A stretch of DNA of 63,284 nucleotides from Roseomonas sp. Lineage in GTDB: Bacteria; Pseudomonadota; Alphaproteobacteria; Acetobacterales; Acetobacteraceae. The number at the start of each line of letters is the position of its first letter. The stretch's first letter is position 1. The notes beneath the pieces are model-generated. The model was not told the DNA's origin. It saw nothing but the letters and a program-made list of their open reading frames with translations, and did not search any database. The position numbers and the translations under genes were made by a program. Below, in pieces: positions 56,386 through 63,284 of the stretch. The DNA lies in contig JADCES010000107.1 in NCBI GenBank assembly GCA_020250005.1, positions 1 to 63,284 on the forward strand, written 5' to 3'.

Positions 56386-58004
56386 GCCGGTTCCTCCGGT
56401 GGGGCGATCCATCGTCTGATGACGTTCAGCGATTGTTCGGGATTACTGTCGATCAATTGCTGCAGCTGGTTGATGGACGAAGCCCGCATCTGCCCCTGGA
56501 CCATGGCGAGCGTAACCATGCCATCCTGATCTGGCCCCGAAGCGCCCGCAACAACTGGAAGGCCACCACCGCCGGCGAGTGCCGCGGCGCCCGCAGCGCC
56601 TGCCAAGGCGCCGCCTTGCGCCGGTTTTGCCAAGGTGACCAGGCGCTTTACCGCCGGCCGGCCCAATAGCAGGATCGCCACCAGCGCCACCAGGGCGAAG
56701 AGCGCGCTTTCGATAATGCGCGCGACGGTGGAGGAGGTGAAAACAAAATCAAAGAAGCCGCGCTCCCCGCTATCCAGCGGCAAGGGTGGTTCGGCGAAGC
56801 GCATGGCCACAACCTCGACGCGATCGCCGCGGCGTTCATCAAAGCCGACGGAGCTTCGCACCAGTGTCGCGATGCGGGCCAATTCCTCGGCTGAGCGTTC
56901 GCGGAACTGCGGGGGGCCACTGGCCTGGGGCTCCCAAACGCCATCCACCAGAACACCAACACTGATGCGCCGGATGATCGGTTGATCGCGCGTGGTGCTG
57001 CGCGTGGTGCGCCCGATCTCAAAATTCGTGGTTTCTTCCTGGCGGCTTTCCTGCGTGCTGCCCGGCGTGTTTTCATTTCCGGGCAGGTTGTTCTGAACGG
57101 TGGTGGGTGCCGGTTCCGTACCGCGAGAACTTTCCTGAACGCTTTGCTGGCTACGCGCTACCTGATTATCGGGGTCGAAGCGTTCTTCCGTGATCTGCAC
57201 ACGGTCGAAATCCATATCCACCGTGGCTTCCGCGCGGACGCGCCCAGGGCCAAGGCTGCGTTCCAGCATTTCCTCAACCGAACGCGCCAGGCGCAATTCA
57301 TGGCCGCGGCGCATTTCTTCCTGAGACGCCGCCGCGGCTGGGCCGGAAAGCGCCTGCCCACCGCGCGCCAGTAGCGCGCCGCGCGAATCAACGATGGAAA
57401 CATTCTGCGGCCGTAAGCCCGGCACGGCTGTGGATACCAGATGCAGCACGGCCTGGATCGCTTCCCGATCAAGCCGCTGCGCACCCTGCATGGTCAACAT
57501 GACAGAGGCTTGCGCATCACCCCTTTCACGCGAAAAGGCCTCACGCCGCGGCAGAACCAGATGCACCCGCGCGGCACGTACCCCGGCAAGTGTTGCAATA
57601 CTGCGCGCCAATTCGCCTTCCATGGCGCGCACACGGTTCATGTCCTGCTGGAAGGGCGTGGTGGTCAGGCTTTCAGTGCGATCAAAGATTTCGTAGCCGA
57701 CATTGCCACCGGCTGGCAGGCCTTCTCGCGCCAGCGAAAGGCGTACACGTCCGACCTGGTCATCCGGGACCATGATGCGTGTGCCATTGCCTTCAATGCG
57801 ATAAGGCACCCGCGCACGATCAAGCGCTGCAATCACCTGCCCGGCATCACGCTGTTCAAGATCCGCGTAAAGCAAACCCATCACAGGCTGGCTGGCGCGG
57901 ATAACAAGCCAGGTAATCAGCCCAGCCACCAAAAGCCCGGTGCCGGCAAGGCCGAATAGGCGCCACATTCCCAAGGCACGCAATTGAGCGACGAAATTCC
58001 CCAT
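56382..58004 (-). CDS. fliF: Flagellar MS-ring protein
   Basis: [17 protein letters not shown] and ARVHLVLP motifs; two TM segments. Confidence 0.96.
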   Translation of the reverse strand: MGNFVAQLRALGMWRLFGLAGTGLLVAGLITWLVIRASQPVMGLLYADLEQRDAGQVIAALDRARVPYRIEGNGTRIMVPDDQVGRVRLSLAREGLPAGGNVGYEIFDRTESLTTTPFQQDMNRVRAMEGELARSIATLAGVRAARVHLVLPRREAFSRERGDAQASVMLTMQGAQRLDREAIQAVLHLVSTAVPGLRPQNVSIVDSRGALLARGGQALSGPAAAASQEEMRRGHELRLARSVEEMLERSLGPGRVRAEATVDMDFDRVQITEERFDPDNQVARSQQSVQESSRGTEPAPTTVQNNLPGNENTPGSTQESRQEETTNFEIGRTTRSTTRDQPIIRRISVGVLVDGVWEPQASGPPQFRERSAEELARIATLVRSSVGFDERRGDRVEVVAMRFAEPPLPLDSGERGFFDFVFTSSTVARIIESALFALVALVAILLLGRPAVKRLVTLAKPAQGGALAGAAGAAALAGGGGLPVVAGASGPDQDGMVTLAMVQGQMRASSINQLQQLIDSNPEQSLNVIRRWIAPPEEPA

Positions 58005-58076
58005 CACCCCCAACCTTCTTCACCAAGCGTCCCCCGGGCCGAAACCCCACTTGGATGAGAGGTCTATAACACAATA

Positions 58077-58151
58077 GGCAAAAAATTCCTCAAGGGAAAT
58101 TTGTCGGTTGGAAAAATTCCACAAAGATTTGTTATTTATCTCTTTTTTAAC
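58077..58151. promoter_or_regulatory. fliF upstream region: CtrA-like box and ftr-like site
   Basis: TTAT-N7-TTAAC at 58136-58151 (1 mismatch to the CtrA consensus); GGCA-AAAAA-TTCC at 58077-58089; AT-rich. Confidence 0.55.
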
Positions 58152-58295
58152 ACACAACTACCGATTGAGAACTTTTGAGGCGATGGGGTATCTCCGAACC
58201 AGACGATACCAATTGGCGTGAAAGCGCCCGAAGCCCAGGGCACGGCCGGCCCCAAAATGCCCTGGCGAGGCGCTCAAACCGGATAATGCGGTGTC

Positions 58296-58922
58296 TCAGC
58301 TCCCCGAACTGACGCTACGCAGCTTGTCGAAACCCACCTGCAATTGGCCGAGCAGCAGCTTCACATCGCCGCCCACCCTTTCGGCCCCGGTCACGGTGCC
58401 AATGGTCGTGAAGGGCAGCACCTCACCCCCGCTACCAGTGACGCTCACCTTATAGGCGCCATCTTGTTGGCCATTCCAGGTCCAGGTCTTGGGCGCCGTG
58501 CCAAGCTGCACCGTTTCCTGACGAATGATCTGATCACCGCGACCCCGGATGGTGACCACCGCCGTTTGGGAGGCACCCGCCGCCGGTAACTTCAACGTGC
58601 CAACGCCGCCCTGAAGGCTGATCTGTTCGGCCTCCACCTCCACATTGCGGCCAATCAGCGGCGCGCTGGCGGTAAGCTGGGAAGCCTGTTCCAGTGCCAA
58701 CATGCGCTGAAGGTTCTGGTTCATGGAGATTTGCTGTTCGACGGACGCGAATTGCACCAACTGATTGGTCATCTGGTTGGTATCCAAGGGGTCGGTCGGG
58801 CTTTGATTCTTGATCTGCGTTGTCAGCAGCGTCAGGAAGGTATTGAAATCTCCGGCAAATTTCGGGCTCTGCGCCGTGCTGGAGGCGGCATTGGCGGAAA
58901 GGGTGGCAATGGAGGCTGACAT
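58296..58922 (-). CDS. flgD: Flagellar hook capping protein
   Basis: FLTLLTTQIKNQSPTDPLD and QLVQFASVEQ motifs. Confidence 0.95.
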   Translation of the reverse strand: MSASIATLSANAASSTAQSPKFAGDFNTFLTLLTTQIKNQSPTDPLDTNQMTNQLVQFASVEQQISMNQNLQRMLALEQASQLTASAPLIGRNVEVEAEQISLQGGVGTLKLPAAGASQTAVVTIRGRGDQIIRQETVQLGTAPKTWTWNGQQDGAYKVSVTGSGGEVLPFTTIGTVTGAERVGGDVKLLLGQLQVGFDKLRSVSSGS

Positions 58923-58936
58923 GGTTCGGGTTCCGT

Positions 58937-60394
58937 TCAGACAGCGATGTCAATAAGAGAGGTGGCGTTGCGAAGCGGTGCCGGCAGGCCTGGCATGGCG
59001 GCTTCACCTTCCACACCACCGATGGCGAAGGACGCACGGCGCTGGCCCTTTTCCTGGGCCCCGTATTGCTGCTGACGCCCCTGATCCGAGGCCAGCGAGA
59101 AAGACAGCGACCGTGCCATATCACCAAGGCCGGCCTGGTTCAGCGCCCGGTCCAATTCGCGCTGTTCGCGCTGCAAAAGGGCCAGGGTTTCGGGCCGTTC
59201 CGCCACAATGCGAAGCTGACCCGCTTCCTTGCCTTGGCCGATACTCACCTCAACCCGGCCAAGCTCAACCGGGTCAAGCGCAATGGTCAGCGCCTCATCA
59301 CCGCGGCCAAGCGCGAGCGAGACCACCACCGGGGCAAGCTGCCGGGCCGGTATGGGGGTGGCCAATTCGCGTGTGGGGGTGCTGGATAAGGGTGCCTCGG
59401 CACGCAGCGCCAAGGCATCGGTCGCCGCGAAACCTTGCGGCGGCATCGAAAGGCCTTCTGCCCGGCCTTCGGCGGATGGCTTGGCACTTATGGCCTTCGG
59501 CGCTTCAAGGCTCACGAGCCGCCAGCTTGCATCAGCCGTTTCGGCTACCATGACAAGCTTATTCTCGGCTGCCGCTTCCGTATTGCTGAGGGCTTTCGCG
59601 AGGAGCGAGAGTGCCTCGACCGGCTTTCCAGCCTCAAGCGCTTCCTGGGCCGGTGTCATGGGCGCGGGCGCTGGGTTGCTGGCCACGCCTTGGGGCTTGG
59701 ATGATGCCTGCGCCGCCACGGCCTGCGCCGTGACGGTCTGTGCGGGACCGGATGCCGCCGGGGGTTGGGCGAGAGCTTGCTGTTGTTCCAGGGTGCTATC
59801 CTGCAGCATTGCGGACGCCAGCGCCTGCTGCGCGGCCGGCGCTTCCATCTGATTTGCGCCGCCAGCAACTTGCGCTGCGGCGCCGATCAACGGGGCCTGC
59901 GTGCCCGGCGTCGCGCCATCCGCGGCGGTTTCGGCCGTATTCGGCGCCAGCGCTGGAATATCAGGTGTTGGCGGCTTGGGCTGGGCTTGCGTCATCAGAA
60001 GGCCGGCAAGCACATCACTCGGTAGTGGTTGCACAACTTCAGGCGCCGCAGCCTCGGCACTCACGGCAGCGTCGGCATCAGGGTTCGAAGCCTTTGGAGT
60101 GCTATCTTCCACCTGCGTTGTTGGGTTCTTGCCGCTATTGATCGTGGCCTCAGTGGAAGAAGGCTGCGCCGAGCCCTGGGTTGCCCCCTGCGCCTGGTGA
60201 TCCGGTTGCGGGTTTTCGGCCGGTTTGGCGGCAGCGCCCGCGTGCGCGCCAGCTTCTTCCCCCGTCGCGGTTTCAAGGGCTTCGCGAAACCGGCAATGGA
60301 ACCCTTCGTCAGCCGCCCCAGCGGGGCGCGCCTTGGCGGCAACCGAGGCTCCGGTTGTGGAATTGACCTGCGAAACGGAAGCTGCATCCAGCAT
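58937..60394 (-). CDS. fliK: Flagellar hook-length control protein
   Basis: Low-complexity N-region; LDPVELGRVEV...AERPETLALL..ELDRALNQAG. Confidence 0.9.
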   Translation of the reverse strand: MLDAASVSQVNSTTGASVAAKARPAGAADEGFHCRFREALETATGEEAGAHAGAAAKPAENPQPDHQAQGATQGSAQPSSTEATINSGKNPTTQVEDSTPKASNPDADAAVSAEAAAPEVVQPLPSDVLAGLLMTQAQPKPPTPDIPALAPNTAETAADGATPGTQAPLIGAAAQVAGGANQMEAPAAQQALASAMLQDSTLEQQQALAQPPAASGPAQTVTAQAVAAQASSKPQGVASNPAPAPMTPAQEALEAGKPVEALSLLAKALSNTEAAAENKLVMVAETADASWRLVSLEAPKAISAKPSAEGRAEGLSMPPQGFAATDALALRAEAPLSSTPTRELATPIPARQLAPVVVSLALGRGDEALTIALDPVELGRVEVSIGQGKEAGQLRIVAERPETLALLQREQRELDRALNQAGLGDMARSLSFSLASDQGRQQQYGAQEKGQRRASFAIGGVEGEAAMPGLPAPLRNATSLIDIAV

Positions 60395-60536
60395 GAAGTT
60401 TCCAAACCACCTGTTTCAATAGTCGATGACGGTCCCCGCAGGACAAACGCCCCCGAAAGGCCGAGCAAGCTGCACGGGAGAGACCAGGTGACAAGCCTGC
60501 CAAGGGCGACCCCACGCCTGCTGCGGAGGTGTTACA

Positions 60537-60551
60537 GCAATCGGCAGGCCA
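60537..60551 (-). promoter_or_regulatory. Sigma54 promoter for fliK-flgD
   Basis: Minus strand TGGCCTGCCGATTGC with GG-N10-GC spacing. Confidence 0.72.
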
Positions 60552-60570
60552 GAGATTCCGGGGTGACATG

Positions 60571-60626
60571 CGGCAGGAATTGCCGTCTGCTGCGCAATAC
60601 TTGCCCTATGGCGGCGGTATCCTGCC
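60571..60626. promoter_or_regulatory. Three ftr-like sites at 21-bp period between divergent sigma54 promoters
   Basis: GGCA-GGAAT-TGCC (60572-60584), CGCA-ATACT-TGCC (60593-60605) and GCGG-TATCC-TGCC (60614-60626). Confidence 0.72.
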
Positions 60627-60655
60627 TGTTTACCGGACTTTAAGGCCCTTCACGC

Positions 60656-60670
60656 TGGCATGGCGCTTGC
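60656..60670 (+). promoter_or_regulatory. Sigma54 promoter for flgE-flgK
   Basis: TGGCATGGCGCTTGC with GG-N10-GC spacing. Confidence 0.82.
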
Positions 60671-60721
60671 CTCACGATGCCGTTGTTAGGTGCTGAACCT
60701 TTTTTGGCAGGAGAATCCGCC

Positions 60722-62038
60722 ATGTCGCTTTATAGCTCGATGAACACCGCCCTCAGCGGCATGAATGCGCAGTCCCGCGCACTCGGGCATATTTCGGATA
60801 ACGTTGCCAATTCGCAGACCATTGGCTTCAAGCGGACGGATACGAATTTCGTTTCCTTTATTTCGGAAAGCAATTCGGAAGTGCATCGCCCCGGTACGGT
60901 GCTGGCGCGGCCCGACTTTACCAACCAGGTGCAGGGCACGATTGAGCAAGTGGAAAACCCGCTGGCCATGGCCATTTCCGGCCAAGGTTTCTTCACTACC
61001 GCCCTGCCGGTTGGCACCAATGCCGATGGGTCTAAGAATTTCGACGCGCGTAATTTTTACACGCGCGCCGGGGATTTCAACCGCGACCGTGAGGGCTATC
61101 TGGTAAATGGCGCCGGCTATGTGCTGCAGGGCTGGCCGGTTACGGATGGTGTGGTGGATAAGACACAGCTTAGTCCCATTAAGGTCATGGAAGACGTCTT
61201 CACCCCTTCGCAGACGCAGGAGCTAAGCCTCACCGGCAATCTGTCCGCTGGCGGCACCACAGCACAGAGCACCTCCATCCAGGTGATTGATTCGTTGGGA
61301 CGGTCCCGCGCGATCAACCTAACCTTCACACCGACAGCGTCAACCACCGACAATACCTGGAGGCTGTCCATTAACGCGCCTGAGTTAACGACCCCAGCCC
61401 TTGGCAGCATTGATGTTCTTTTCGGCAAGGATCCCACGGACAATACCAAGGATCAGCCGGATGGCACGATCGCCCAATTTTTGAACCCGTCCTCCGCCGC
61501 CATCATCGGAGGCACTGGCACCGCTGCCACTGTGACCTTCAGTGCCGATTTCGGCCAAGGTGTGCAAACCATGACGCTCAATCTGGGCAGCTTTGGTGTT
61601 TCCGGCGGGCTTACGCAATTCGCCTCCACGGGTACGAGCGGGCTGAGCGTGAACAGCTTTGAGCAGGATGGCATCCCGATCGGCTCCTTTTCCTCGGTCA
61701 CCACGCAAAAGAACGGCGATGTCCGGATCAATTACGATAATGGGCAGTCGCGCGTTGTGGCGCGCGTGCCGGTGACGATCTTCAAGGATCCGGACAAGCT
61801 TGAACACCTGGATGGTCAGGCCTTCCTCCGTACCACGGAAAGCGGTGAGGCGCGGGTTGTGGAAGCGGGCGAGGATGGCGCTGGGCTGCTTTCGACACGC
61901 GCTGTTGAGCGTTCCAATGTCGATATCGCGACTGAGTTTTCGAAGCTGATCCTAGCGCAGCGTGCCTATTCGGCGAATACGCGCATTGTAACCACCGTCG
62001 ATGATCTGTTGCAGGAAACGCTGAACATGCGGCGCTAA
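60722..62038 (+). CDS. flgE: Flagellar hook protein
   Basis: ISDNVANSQTIGFK, YTRAGDF and ERSNVDIATEFSKLILAQRAYSAN motifs. Confidence 0.93.
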   Translation: MSLYSSMNTALSGMNAQSRALGHISDNVANSQTIGFKRTDTNFVSFISESNSEVHRPGTVLARPDFTNQVQGTIEQVENPLAMAISGQGFFTTALPVGTNADGSKNFDARNFYTRAGDFNRDREGYLVNGAGYVLQGWPVTDGVVDKTQLSPIKVMEDVFTPSQTQELSLTGNLSAGGTTAQSTSIQVIDSLGRSRAINLTFTPTASTTDNTWRLSINAPELTTPALGSIDVLFGKDPTDNTKDQPDGTIAQFLNPSSAAIIGGTGTAATVTFSADFGQGVQTMTLNLGSFGVSGGLTQFASTGTSGLSVNSFEQDGIPIGSFSSVTTQKNGDVRINYDNGQSRVVARVPVTIFKDPDKLEHLDGQAFLRTTESGEARVVEAGEDGAGLLSTRAVERSNVDIATEFSKLILAQRAYSANTRIVTTVDDLLQETLNMRR

Positions 62039-62072
62039 GGCCGCATGATGGAAGATTGAACGGCCATAAGCC

Positions 62073-63284
62073 ATGAGCCTTGATGCCGCCCTGCTGATCG
62101 CTCGTTCGGGATTGCTGCATACGCAGCGTGCCCTGTCCAATGCAGCCGATAACGTGGCGAATGCCGAAACCGCAGGCTATACCCGCAAGCGCATTGTCAG
62201 TGAGGCAGTTACCGCGGGCGAACAGGGTATGGGCGTGCGCAGCCTTGGCCCGACGCGGGATGTGGATAATGCGTTACTGAATGAATTGAACAAGCGCCGC
62301 TCAGCCAAAGCCGCGGCAGAGCTGCGCGAAAGTGTGCTGGCGCGCCTTGATCAGGCGCACGGCAATCCAGCGAATGGGGAAGGGCTTGGTGATCTTGTCA
62401 GCAAGCTTCGCATCGGCTTCATCGAACTCAGGAAAGACCCGGCGCAGGTCGTGAAACAACAGGCTGTGGTGCTCAATGCCGCGCAGCTTGTTGTTGAGCG
62501 TTTCAATGATCTTTCCCGGACTATCGGTGAAGCCCGCCAGGAAGTGCATGACGGCCTTGTATCAAAGGTTGCCGAGGTTAATGCGACGCTGCGGGAAATA
62601 GGTGTCCTGAAACGCGGCGTGATGGAGCGAACTGGTCTTGGCGCGCCAGTAGCTGATATTGAAGACAAGCTTGACTTGGCCGTGGCGCGGCTCGGCGAAT
62701 TGCTGGAAGTGAAGCCGATTCGTCAGAACGATGGCGGGATGGTGCTTCTGGGCGCTGGCGGCATTACCATCCCGACGCCGGAATCAGGCGATGTATTCTC
62801 CCTGCAAAATAGCCTGCTTGGGCCGGACAAGTATTATGGCGGCGCCGGCACGATCCCACCGATACTTATGAACGGCTTGGATGTAACGAAGCAATTGGTC
62901 GGCGGTAAGATTGGAGAGGCAATCAGCTTGCGCGACCAAACCTTGCCCCGTTACCAGGCGGAACTGGATGTTGCGGCGGCAGAGCTTGCTGATCGGTTTC
63001 GGGCGGAGGGCTTGCGGCTGTTCAGCGATTCTGTCGGCACTGTTCCGAACCCGAACCTTCCTTATGCGGGAAGCGCGCAGATTGGCTTTGCCGATAAGAT
63101 TCAGGTTAATCCTGCCTTGCTTAGCGAAGTCCGGTTGTTACGTGATGGCACGGAAACCATTGCAGGTGGGGCGCCTTTCACTCCCAATCCCGTGGGCGGT
63201 CCGGCCGGCTTTGTCACGCTGATTGACCGTATCCTTAACTACAGCTTTGGAGAGACGACGTCCGCCGGAGCCAGCTGGGACCGC
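62073..63284 (+). CDS. flgK: Flagellar hook-associated protein 1 (partial, runs off right edge)
   Basis: Read manually (absent from ORF track): MSLDAALLIARSGL...ADNVANAETAGYTRK; follows flgE. Confidence 0.88.
   Translation, partial: MSLDAALLIARSGLLHTQRALSNAADNVANAETAGYTRKRIVSEAVTAGEQGMGVRSLGPTRDVDNALLNELNKRRSAKAAAELRESVLARLDQAHGNPANGEGLGDLVSKLRIGFIELRKDPAQVVKQQAVVLNAAQLVVERFNDLSRTIGEARQEVHDGLVSKVAEVNATLREIGVLKRGVMERTGLGAPVADIEDKLDLAVARLGELLEVKPIRQNDGGMVLLGAGGITIPTPESGDVFSLQNSLLGPDKYYGGAGTIPPILMNGLDVTKQLVGGKIGEAISLRDQTLPRYQAELDVAAAELADRFRAEGLRLFSDSVGTVPNPNLPYAGSAQIGFADKIQVNPALLSEVRLLRDGTETIAGGAPFTPNPVGGPAGFVTLIDRILNYSFGETTSAGASWDR

Noticed and set aside
60441-60470. Resemblance to a c-di-GMP-I riboswitch (GGACAAAC...GAAA...GCAAGC)
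   Set aside because: Lacks the GACGCAAA segment and proper P2 pairing; antisense to fliK and upstream of the flgE promoter
1-63284. tRNA, rRNA, integrase, transposase or prophage genes
   Set aside because: None recognised; intergenic gaps are short and show no cloverleaf or rRNA signatures by eye

Overview
GC-rich alphaproteobacterial chromosome segment. Gene content and synteny suggest Acetobacteraceae/Rhodospirillales (Roseomonas-like); this placement is inference. The left half (1-30.7 kb) is metabolic and housekeeping: a partial fatty-acid oxidation enzyme, SDR, acs, an FGE-fold protein, aroC, a TPP enzyme, a Bug protein, a TRAP transporter co-oriented with an M-S-L molybdenum hydroxylase, MFS, a helicase-S4-fdxA-carD block, a second TRAP, tsaB-rimI, tusA/mucR and olsB. 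The right half (30.7-63.3 kb) is a large flagellar cluster with speD-speE inserted. No rRNA, tRNA, CRISPR array or transposase was seen. The most notable observations are: (1) a CarD/CdnL fused to a ~295-aa histone-H1/AlgP-like KPAA and Pro-rich N-terminus; (2) two families of two-armed, GANTC-containing intergenic palindromic elements, one of which starts exactly at the TAG stop of the upstream gene in all three copies; (3) a readable sigma54/FlbD layout with GGCA-N5-TGCC sites in helical phase, some inside a coding sequence, and an apparently leaderless flgB; (4) an uncharacterised Mo-hydroxylase (QYRAVG loop) next to a DctP that lacks the carboxylate-binding Arg; (5) candidate structured leaders on speD and fliK.
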